This document shows positions 45,061-53,073 of a stretch of 64,000 bases of DNA, piece after piece. Made by a program: the position numbers and the translations under genes. Under the pieces are notes generated by a model, which was not told the DNA's origin, ran no database searches, and saw nothing but the letters and a program-made list of their open reading frames with translations. Numbering within the stretch: the stretch's first letter is position 1; every line of letters begins with the position of its first letter. The DNA lies in IMG/VR virus record IMGVR_UViG_3300042868_005134, positions 319,412 to 383,411 of that record; one strand, written 5' to 3'.

Positions 45061-45148
45061 TGGTGGAGGCTGATGGAATCGAACCACTTGACAGCCACCC
45101 TGCTTAATATGTCTACCGGGTTACAGCCGGCAACAGGGAACAACCTCC
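45061..45148 (-). tRNA. D-armless tRNA-Tyr(GTA)-like RNA
   Basis: 8-bp acceptor, GCCGG-CTGTAAC-CCGGT arm, T-arm and CCA; D-arm replaced by TTCCCTGTT. Confidence 0.65.
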
Positions 45149-45406
45149 AATTTGTTAACACACTCACGACCGGTAATTACCAATCCATAAGCAAACTATG
45201 TTCACTTATAAAGAATGTGTATATTAAAAGCCACTAGCAGGAAGAACTATGTTCCACTAGCCTCCAAGGACTAGCCCAACACCAATTGCTTTTAATATGA
45301 CAGATTTTTCGCTCTAGAAGAAGAGTTTCATCCTTGCCACCGCCCGTTTGCCCATGTTTTAAGTGCGGGCCAGGACCTCGTTTCCTGTATGTTCACACTT
45401 TGCGGT

Positions 45407-45559
45407 CTACAACTGCCCTTGAGCAATCTCGCGCTTTCCAACAGCTTTGTGGTATAGTTTAGCTCTTGCTAACTTGTTCACAATCAATTGCTTGAACTGT
45501 TCTTTAGTTAACTCGTACTGCCTAGTCCACTCTGCTTCTTTAATCTTTTTTTCTATCAT
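45407..45559 (-). CDS. Small hypothetical protein (50 aa), first ORF after the attenuator
   Basis: MIEKKIKEAEWTRQYEL...AQGQL. Confidence 0.45.
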   Translation of the reverse strand: MIEKKIKEAEWTRQYELTKEQFKQLIVNKLARAKLYHKAVGKREIAQGQL

Positions 45560-45569
45560 TCTTCTTGCG

Positions 45570-45605
45570 AAAAACAAAAAACCCCAGGAGTGTTAATCCT
45601 AGGGT
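45570..45605 (-). terminator. Intrinsic terminator of the putative attenuator
   Basis: ACCCTAGGA/TCCTGGGGT hairpin followed by TTTTTGTTTTT; its 5' arm overlaps the antiterminator strand GGACCCT. Confidence 0.8.
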
Positions 45606-45630
45606 CCTTGGAGTGAGCGTGTAATTTGTG

Positions 45631-45777
45631 TTACACAATGTCCTCCCGGACCCTTGAAATCTCTGGTGTACGATCATATGATAGACTTCCGCCATTAATC
45701 GATAACCAAGCGCAGGCTATTACACCTGCCTGTTTGGGCATCGTATTAAACAGTTGATGTCTATTGGACAATTGCAT
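45631..45777 (-). CDS. Putative attenuator leader peptide (48 aa, all 20 amino acids; not in ORF track)
   Basis: MQLSNRHQLFNTMPKQAGVIACAWLSINGGSLSYDRTPEISRVREDIV; AAGAGA upstream; lies between promoter and terminator. Confidence 0.65.
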   Translation of the reverse strand: MQLSNRHQLFNTMPKQAGVIACAWLSINGGSLSYDRTPEISRVREDIV

Positions 45778-45834
45778 TTTGTTTCTCTTTAAAACCTTGT
45801 TTACTTAAACAGCACCATTGCTGTCTATGTGTTA

Positions 45835-46049
45835 ATTATAACGCCTTTCAGCGTCCCTGTCAACAACTTTTGGAATCTTTCTTTGTTGTATTTTTACAAC
45901 ACTCGCAGACTACATTGTTTGCTAACTTGTTTCTATTGTACTACTAATTAGTCTCTGTGTCAACAACTTTTTGTCTTTTTGGACAAATTGTTTTAACAGC
46001 GAATCTTTAACAGTCTTTCTATTGTATGTTTATTTAGTCTCTTTGTCAA
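45835..46049 (-). promoter_or_regulatory. Three tandem sigma70 promoters driving the leader and tRNA array
   Basis: TTGACA-17-TATAAT (45835-45863) and TTGACA-17-TACAAT (45935-45963, 46021-46049). Confidence 0.85.
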
Positions 46050-46118
46050 GAGCCATATGATAATGTGGCATTTTTACAACAAAATAAAAAAGCCACATCG
46101 TTATTTAAAATGAACAGT

Positions 46119-47144
46119 CTAGATTACATGTTTAGTTACCATAATTTCGTCAACTGTTAGACACTGTGATCGTCTACATATAGTTGGAATTGTGTTGAAA
46201 ACTATTTCATCGTTGAACACATTGCCAATCTTGCCATCGTTCTTACAAATGCCAAAGTGCATGTCGCCGTTGGCATCTATAGCAAGTTTTTTCATTCCTA
46301 CATTACAACTCCAGCCTTTGAACTTGTTTAAGTCTTTCATTATAATAGAGTATGCACTTGCCTGTGTAGTTTTAATTATGCCATCTTCTTCTACAGTTAA
46401 GTTTATCTTAAAATTTTTTCGATTGTTAGTGGGTGCTGCGTTTTTACGCTCATCCTCTATTGATTTAATAATAGCTTTTTCGTCTTCGGAAAAATAATCA
46501 AGAGTTAAATCAGACTTTTGTGTGTAATCTTCAAGGTGTCTACTTGTTTGGAATGGCAAATTAATGTGCTGGGTAGTAGTGTTTACTAATGGGAATATAA
46601 TAAGTTTGTTAATGCCAATCGAGTGCGGTTTTAACTTTTCTTCTAACACATTCACTCTATCGAACAGCGTAGGCACCAGCATGGCCCGTACTTCAACTTT
46701 GCCGCCATTTTCTTTTAGACGCACTGCAAGATTAACAAATTTTTCAATATCTGCGGTTTCTGGATGAAAACTAAGAAATATGTTAACAGATTTTAAAGCT
46801 TCGCTACAACGCTCGTACATCTTTGCGGGCATACTACCATTAGTAAAAATAAAAATCTTAAACTTGTGTTCTACTAATCGTTGTAAGAATAACTCAAAAT
46901 TTGGTATGAGAAAAGGTTCGCCGCCAGTTAGTACTACTAACACAGTTTTATCTTCCGGCACTGCTGCCTTTATCTTGTCCGATACTGCCATTAAGTCTTC
47001 GACTTTTGGCATTGTGTTAACATCTATAGTTCTGTGATTGTAAGGCTCGCAATAAGAACAGTCGTAATTACACATATCAAGTGGCTTCCAATGTACAATG
47101 TAATCAGTTAACCAATTGTCTTTTTCAATTCTTAGGAGATTCAT
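46119..47144 (-). CDS. Radical SAM protein with C-terminal Cys-rich (SPASM/twitch-like) region
   Basis: CNYDCSYC, TGGEP, TNGS, SFH and C...G...C...C..C. Confidence 0.88.
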   Translation of the reverse strand: MNLLRIEKDNWLTDYIVHWKPLDMCNYDCSYCEPYNHRTIDVNTMPKVEDLMAVSDKIKAAVPEDKTVLVVLTGGEPFLIPNFELFLQRLVEHKFKIFIFTNGSMPAKMYERCSEALKSVNIFLSFHPETADIEKFVNLAVRLKENGGKVEVRAMLVPTLFDRVNVLEEKLKPHSIGINKLIIFPLVNTTTQHINLPFQTSRHLEDYTQKSDLTLDYFSEDEKAIIKSIEDERKNAAPTNNRKNFKINLTVEEDGIIKTTQASAYSIIMKDLNKFKGWSCNVGMKKLAIDANGDMHFGICKNDGKIGNVFNDEIVFNTIPTICRRSQCLTVDEIMVTKHVI

Positions 47145-47160
47145 ATTTTGTAGCATAAAA

Positions 47161-47187
47161 AACAATGTGGCCGAAGCCACATTGTTT
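47161..47187 (-). terminator. Intrinsic terminator
   Basis: AACAATGTGGC-TTCG-GCCACATTGTT followed by a U-tract. Confidence 0.8.
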
Positions 47188-47203
47188 ATAAATCAATTTG
47201 TGT

Positions 47204-47797
47204 TTAGATTGATTCAATCCAATCTGGTATGTGATTTAAAACGTTCTTGTTAATTCCTAACAGTTCGTTAACTTCATTGGGCAGTACAGGAACTTCCATC
47301 ATTTCAGGATGCCACACTAAACCCCAGATTGGTTTAGTCTTATGTTTAAACCCTTCGATGTTGCCATCTAAGTCTACTGCAATTGCGTCATAATCAGTAC
47401 CTACAGTAACAATGTTAGAACCGTGGAAGCTATTAACTAACACATTATGTCCTTCCATTGTTACTACATGTTCTGTTCCTCTATGATTTTCAATATCATC
47501 ACACACTGCTCCAGATATCTCTGCTAGAAAAAATGCCCCATGACAAATACCAAGAATAGGAATATTGTGTTCTATAGCATAGTTATATAACTTTAACTCA
47601 GTGTACAAACGTGTCATACTAGAATTCCCGCCACTTAATATTAACATATCAAATTCGTAAATCTTACCAGTATCCACATTTGGTATGGGCATAACATCAT
47701 GTTTCTTCAAGAAGGTATGCCATACATGACTTAAACAATCATGTGTGAGACCGCTGTTTCCAACAATCTCTTCACGTTGACTAATTGCAATTTTCAA
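47204..47797 (-). CDS. Class I glutamine amidotransferase (peptidase C26/PuuD-like)
   Basis: LSGG, PILGICHG, VNSFH and WHPE. Confidence 0.88.
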   Translation of the reverse strand: MKIAISQREEIVGNSGLTHDCLSHVWHTFLKKHDVMPIPNVDTGKIYEFDMLILSGGNSSMTRLYTELKLYNYAIEHNIPILGICHGAFFLAEISGAVCDDIENHRGTEHVVTMEGHNVLVNSFHGSNIVTVGTDYDAIAVDLDGNIEGFKHKTKPIWGLVWHPEMMEVPVLPNEVNELLGINKNVLNHIPDWIESI

Positions 47798-47798
47798 C

Positions 47799-48578
47799 TT
47801 ATACCTGCTCTTGTGTTAACGGGCGAGTAGTTTTGCCATAAGCAGCTTCGATCATTTCACGAGTGCCTGGTAATTCCACTGTACCTTTACAGTTAACTTC
47901 GAACAAATCTAAACGCATCTGTTTTGCCAACTCAACTACGCGAGCTTGCTTTTCAGGTGTGTCACAGATTTGTAAAAGTTTACGACGTCCCATCTTGCTA
48001 TGAAATTTTTCATCACGAGCAATCTTAGCATAAGTGGTTGCAATGAAAGAATCTTCAACACAAGTTGCCATCATGGCCCAGTTACGTGCAGCACGGCCTT
48101 CGCCGATCAACTGATATAACGCCATGGCTAATTCGTCTGTGTCGCAATTATATTCTGTAAGAATCTTTGCGCCACGAATTGCTTTGTTATTTGCCATGTC
48201 AAACTCAACTGCTGCAGCAACATCGATAGGACCTTGATTTAGATATTCAACAACATCTTTAACCATACGGAAGTGATTGGCTTCGTCCAGGGCCTGCTTG
48301 CTCAACAACTGAAGTTCTTTTGGATCCATGTCGACTGGAGCATTAGCCACTTGGCCAGCAAGTTCAATCATGTTCATGCGTTCATTAACCATGCGGCCAG
48401 TGAAGTGCTTGACTAATTCTTCTCTTGTTCTGCCTTTGTAGTATGCTTCAACTTGACGCTCCGAAGCTGCAAACAATGTTTCATTTTCCGCTTCGATTTG
48501 ATCTACAAATGAAGTTACTTGCTTGCTGCCGACTTCTTCGGCTACCATTTTTTCTAATTCTGCTGTATCAAATTTCAT
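47799..48578 (-). CDS. Ferritin-like di-iron protein
   Basis: E...DEANH...E...DEKFH ligand set. Confidence 0.75.
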   Translation of the reverse strand: MKFDTAELEKMVAEEVGSKQVTSFVDQIEAENETLFAASERQVEAYYKGRTREELVKHFTGRMVNERMNMIELAGQVANAPVDMDPKELQLLSKQALDEANHFRMVKDVVEYLNQGPIDVAAAVEFDMANNKAIRGAKILTEYNCDTDELAMALYQLIGEGRAARNWAMMATCVEDSFIATTYAKIARDEKFHSKMGRRKLLQICDTPEKQARVVELAKQMRLDLFEVNCKGTVELPGTREMIEAAYGKTTRPLTQEQV

Positions 48579-48593
48579 AGTTAATTCTCCTGA

Positions 48594-49349
48594 TTAATAA
48601 ATTTCTGCCACTGCTGTGGTTTTATGTTCGCCGCGAGCATCTAATGCCCAGTCAGCGCCATAGAAATCTTCTACCATCTGACGGCTTTCTTCAATTCGCA
48701 TTGTGCCGTTACAGTTAACTTGGAACATATCTTTACGCATCTGATCAGCGATTGTACGTGCGTACTGTTGCTTTTCTTCTGTGTCAAGTAATTTCACTAA
48801 CTGTGTTTTACCTATTTTACTGTGGAAACGCTCATCAGCTGCGATCTTTGCGTATGTATTAGCAAGGAACGGATCTGTTAGGCAGTCTGCCATCATTTGC
48901 CAGTTACGGCTTGCTTGCCCTTCAACAATTGCTTGGTATAAAGCAAGAGCGATAGGATCGTTTTCGCAATTGTATTTCTTTAAAAGTTTAGCACCTTTAA
49001 CGAATGTGTCTTCTAGTTCACGTGTAACAGTTGATCCAATGTCGACTTTTTCTTCGCCGATATATTCAACTACATCACGTACCATACGGAAGTGATTGGC
49101 TTCGTCAAGAGCTTGTTTACATAGGCTCATGAGTTCTTTTGGGTCTGCGCTTGCGTCTGAATTTGCTACAGATTTCATAATTTCTGTTAAATTCATTCTT
49201 TCGTTAACCATTCTACGTGTAAAGTTTTTAACTAAATGCTCTTTAGCTGGCTTACTGTCGTAAAATGCTTTGATTTGTAATTCACTTGCTCTGTAAAGAA
49301 CTTCCGTATCTTCCCAGATTTGATCTACTACTTGTTCTGATGTTGTCAT
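48594..49349 (-). CDS. Ferritin-like di-iron protein (tandem paralog)
   Basis: RMVNERMN, KQALDEANHFRMV and DERFH. Confidence 0.75.
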   Translation of the reverse strand: MTTSEQVVDQIWEDTEVLYRASELQIKAFYDSKPAKEHLVKNFTRRMVNERMNLTEIMKSVANSDASADPKELMSLCKQALDEANHFRMVRDVVEYIGEEKVDIGSTVTRELEDTFVKGAKLLKKYNCENDPIALALYQAIVEGQASRNWQMMADCLTDPFLANTYAKIAADERFHSKIGKTQLVKLLDTEEKQQYARTIADQMRKDMFQVNCNGTMRIEESRQMVEDFYGADWALDARGEHKTTAVAEIY

Positions 49350-49383
49350 GGTTGACTCTCCTTGGTTGTCTATTGTATTTATT

Positions 49384-50103
49384 TCAAATTTTAATATTTG
49401 GAGTGTTTGACGCTTTCCATAAGAATTCGTCAGTTTCAGGAGTACGTAATCCTGTAATTAACAGCATTGCTCTTGGTGTAAATGCTGCGTTAGCGGAGTA
49501 GTGCGGTGTGTGTGCGTGACGTAGAGTGTTGAAATCGCCAGCTTTCCACCCTTGATGTATATAATTTCCGTATCCAATCAAGTGCCCAGGGACCCAATCT
49601 GTAAGCATAACCATTACACGCATTAGCTTAGTTTGATCCTGTGGCGCAAATCTAGTTCTTCTTTGGAAGAAATCAATATGATACGGAAATACTTGACCCG
49701 ACATTTGGATATGGCAGGTATATTGGAAAGGTTCTGGTTCAAATTTAAAAGCATTAACCATCTTCATGATAGTTGGGCCTAATTCTGCTGTTTTATTGAT
49801 AATCTCATATTTTTCATATGAAAAATCAGTCGACTCGTTAAAGAAATCTTTTTCTTGATTGTAATGTTCTATTACATTACCTTTTGGTGGGAAGTATTGT
49901 TGAGTTAGTGATTTCCCGTCAACTGTACTATGTGCCCTATTGGCCATAGTAGTTGGTTTAGATACAGCTATTGCATCTTGTAGTTCTTTTGCCCAATCAC
50001 CTTCAAACTTACCCAATCCGATTACTCCGTCAAATCTTGGATCAATTCTGGTTGGGTCAAAGTGATATGCACTGTGCGAAACACATTCTTCTAGTAAATT
50101 CAT
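49384..50103 (-). CDS. Cupin/2OG-Fe(II) oxygenase-like protein
   Basis: HID...PHYSAN...PR; paralog of 25897. Confidence 0.65.
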   Translation of the reverse strand: MNLLEECVSHSAYHFDPTRIDPRFDGVIGLGKFEGDWAKELQDAIAVSKPTTMANRAHSTVDGKSLTQQYFPPKGNVIEHYNQEKDFFNESTDFSYEKYEIINKTAELGPTIMKMVNAFKFEPEPFQYTCHIQMSGQVFPYHIDFFQRRTRFAPQDQTKLMRVMVMLTDWVPGHLIGYGNYIHQGWKAGDFNTLRHAHTPHYSANAAFTPRAMLLITGLRTPETDEFLWKASNTPNIKI

Positions 50104-50139
50104 AAAAACTCCATTATATATTAACTATATTTATCATAG

Positions 50140-50829
50140 TTACTTGACGTTCCAGGGATTTATTACGGCTACTGTTAAGGTTTCAGGAAGACCCTTGCTA
50201 ATTCCGTCCGTGTGCTCTAGTAGTATTCCGGAGCCGCGGTTTGCGTTTTCGAATCTAGGACACACAGTGGGGAAGTTTTCTTTAATCCATTCTAGTGTAA
50301 ATTGAGATGTTTCTAAATTATGCCGCTTGATAAAATCTTTACTGGCAACTAATTCTTTGTTTATTTCGTCCCATATAGCATTGTAGTCACCGTTGTACCA
50401 ATAGTAAGCATCGTACACAGTCTTATGTCCACCTGAAAATTCCCACCATACATAACACTTGTGAGGTTCTTGTAATACAATTACAATAGCATCATCTGGA
50501 AACATTTCTTTAATCTTGTCCAGATGGTACGCAAATAAATGAGATTTGTGTATTCTCACTAATTCCGTCACACCTTCTTGATTAACAAATACTGAGTCAA
50601 CAGTCTCAATGATATGTTCTTTAGTGTAGGTGTTGAAATTCAGAATCCACTCTCCAAATTCGTTACCTAGATTAAAGTAGGCACCGCGGTGTCCTCTGTG
50701 ACTGCGAGCAGGTGTTACGTCAGTATTATCACTTGTTGGAATTGCTGCTCTTAGCTGGCGGTCTACACCTGACCACATAGAACCCGGTGGTCCTGTTAAG
50801 AAAATTCTTTTTATTTTTACTTCTGCCAT
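50140..50829 (-). CDS. P-loop sulfotransferase/kinase-like protein
   Basis: IFLTGPPGSMW, HRGAYF and HKSH; paralog of 25023. Confidence 0.55.
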   Translation of the reverse strand: MAEVKIKRIFLTGPPGSMWSGVDRQLRAAIPTSDNTDVTPARSHRGHRGAYFNLGNEFGEWILNFNTYTKEHIIETVDSVFVNQEGVTELVRIHKSHLFAYHLDKIKEMFPDDAIVIVLQEPHKCYVWWEFSGGHKTVYDAYYWYNGDYNAIWDEINKELVASKDFIKRHNLETSQFTLEWIKENFPTVCPRFENANRGSGILLEHTDGISKGLPETLTVAVINPWNVK

Positions 50830-51311
50830 ACAAATACAAACCTTTTATTATCGTTTAATGTAATAGGCTTCACAAACAGTAGATTATGTTTGTTTGCCAA
50901 ATACTCTATCTCTTCTTTTTTCCAGTAATACGTGCCAGGTGCACCATCCCCCGGATTTACACGCATATATATTTTGCCGCCTGGCTTTAACCAAGACAGT
51001 GCTTTTTCAACTTGTCTCTCTATTAGTTTGAATGTGCCTAGATTAATAGAACCTAAAATTAATAATATGTCAAAGGATTCTGCTTCACATTCAAAATCCA
51101 TCATGTCAACAACATAATCGGCAGCATTATTATATTTGTCAATGCCTATAAGGTTTTTAATGCGACCTTTAAACTGATTAAATCCACAACCAATATCTAA
51201 CACCTTTGCGTCATCGGGAATTTCCGATACTATAACTGCGTCACTTTCAACATTTCTATCTTTCACAAAATTTTCAAAATAAGTTGATAGTGCTGAATCG
51301 TAATCAGTCAT
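50817..51311 (-). CDS. Class I SAM-dependent methyltransferase-like protein
   Basis: VLDIGCG, LGSINLG and LKPGGKIYMRVNPG. Confidence 0.78.
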   Translation of the reverse strand: MTDYDSALSTYFENFVKDRNVESDAVIVSEIPDDAKVLDIGCGFNQFKGRIKNLIGIDKYNNAADYVVDMMDFECEAESFDILLILGSINLGTFKLIERQVEKALSWLKPGGKIYMRVNPGDGAPGTYYWKKEEIEYLANKHNLLFVKPITLNDNKRFVFVWQK

Positions 51312-51999
51312 CTTTCTTCCTTAAGGTATAGCGATAGCTTTCGCCCACTTGTCCGTGAAATTTTACAACTTCTTTCATATGATCATCTAACCAGTGTGTT
51401 TCTACAGGCGTAATGTACTTAGCATTTGCGTTATCTTGTAAAATTAAATCTAATCTGTCCTTAGCCACATCGATAGGAAAGTCTAACAGTTGCGAGAGCT
51501 GTTCCAAGTATCGATGTTTATACAAATATAGAGTTTCAGTACTTACAAAAATTGGTTTATACTTATCTAAGAATTCATCGTAGGCATCTAAGAAAATTGG
51601 AGTTGTTATTTTCTTACGTACTCTGCTTTGTTGACACTCTAAAATATTTCTATCTCTAGCGATTACTCCTAACTTGACTTCAAATCCTGCTAATTCTGCT
51701 GCGCTAATAAATTCATCAAATTTAGGTGTTCGTAGAACTATAGTATCGTCAATCTCCGGACCACCTCTATTGATATAAGGGCATGAGATACTAGTGTAGT
51801 AGTAGTCATGTGGCCAATCTAATTTTTGAAATAAGCTCGGGTCTTCCCATACTTCGGCAAATGGTTCGTCACCGTGTCCTATCCAATAGTCTTTAGTCAG
51901 CTGATGCCATCCTTGTACAGTAGGAGTTTCGCTGAATATTTTTGCCCACATATGATTGCCCGAACCTTGCGGGCCTGTTAGAATTAAAAGTTTTTTCAT
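51304..51999 (-). CDS. P-loop sulfotransferase-like protein
   Basis: LLILTGPQGSGNH, RD and S.E.L. Confidence 0.5.
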   Translation of the reverse strand: MKKLLILTGPQGSGNHMWAKIFSETPTVQGWHQLTKDYWIGHGDEPFAEVWEDPSLFQKLDWPHDYYYTSISCPYINRGGPEIDDTIVLRTPKFDEFISAAELAGFEVKLGVIARDRNILECQQSRVRKKITTPIFLDAYDEFLDKYKPIFVSTETLYLYKHRYLEQLSQLLDFPIDVAKDRLDLILQDNANAKYITPVETHWLDDHMKEVVKFHGQVGESYRYTLRKKDD

Positions 52000-53063
52000 T
52001 TTGCTTTATATACAATTTCTGGCTTATACACTGCGTCCAAACCGATACCCTCTGTGGTAAATTTGTGTAGATTTTTTAAATTCTTTTCTGTTACCTGTTT
52101 ACGAATAACGTCATAAGCACGAGTCATATCTTTACCTACAAACCATTCGTAGTCGCCGCTGTCTTCTTCGATAGCTTTCATAGCAACCGGGTCATTTAAT
52201 ACTGCCACAATTGCTCCTCGTAGTTTGGTAGCATTGGGATTATCTTTGCCCATCCACAACGACTTTTGTAAAACGTCACGATAATTCTTTACTAACACAT
52301 AGCTGTCATAAAATTCACCTTTTGGTTGAACTTTCCACTTTGCTTTATATGCTTGTTCAAAAGTAGGAAGATTAAAATTTTTGTCATTTACAATCTTGCC
52401 TGTTTTTAAATCAAGTACTCCATGATTGAACCAATCTACAATTTTGCCCTCTTTGATAGCGGGCATTATAAACTTCTTGTGACTTACGAACGTTTCTCTG
52501 CTCATGTTTAATTCACCACGTAGCATTGCCAATCTAGCATCTGCCGGCTTCATTCCTTTTACAAAAGTAACTCGTTGATTGTAACAAGCGATGTACGCAT
52601 CTACTGTGGGTTTAGGGCCGCAAGCCATCATTACAATTGCCATCAAGTCGGGTCTACGACCTGAAGTACTTCCAAAGTTGATATGATCTTTGTATGGATC
52701 CATGCCTTTAGCATGACTCACTACAATATTTAAATTCACAAGAGCAATGGGTTCATACAAATCATAGTTGTAATCAACTTTATCTGTTAAGAAACTTTCA
52801 GCATTGCCGCCGTGTGCTACCATAATAACTTTAGGATCAGTTCTTAAGCTATTATGAAACTTATTAAATCCCGGAACGTCATTGGCGCCTGGAATGTGTT
52901 CAATGATAACAGGCTCGCCTAGAACTTTGGCAATGTGTGGTGCTACTACGTGTGCCCACACACTAGTGCCGCTGCCAGGCGTTTGTGGCACTATCATTCG
53001 ATAGTCTGCCATGGCTAATGTTGAGATTAAACTGGTTAAAAGAATTGACAGAAATCGTTTCAT
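51996..53063 (-). CDS. Tripartite tricarboxylate transporter substrate-binding protein (TctC/Bug-like)
   Basis: Signal peptide; MIVPQTPGSGT...VIIEHIPGA; adjacent to a tctA-like gene. Confidence 0.7.
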   Translation of the reverse strand: MKRFLSILLTSLISTLAMADYRMIVPQTPGSGTSVWAHVVAPHIAKVLGEPVIIEHIPGANDVPGFNKFHNSLRTDPKVIMVAHGGNAESFLTDKVDYNYDLYEPIALVNLNIVVSHAKGMDPYKDHINFGSTSGRRPDLMAIVMMACGPKPTVDAYIACYNQRVTFVKGMKPADARLAMLRGELNMSRETFVSHKKFIMPAIKEGKIVDWFNHGVLDLKTGKIVNDKNFNLPTFEQAYKAKWKVQPKGEFYDSYVLVKNYRDVLQKSLWMGKDNPNATKLRGAIVAVLNDPVAMKAIEEDSGDYEWFVGKDMTRAYDVIRKQVTEKNLKNLHKFTTEGIGLDAVYKPEIVYKAK

Positions 53064-53073
53064 TTGTGGTTCC

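Noticed and set aside
45570-45830. T-box riboswitch as the explanation for the leader
   Set aside because: There is no T-box UGGNACC bulge or stem I motifs, and the antiterminator lies within an ORF.
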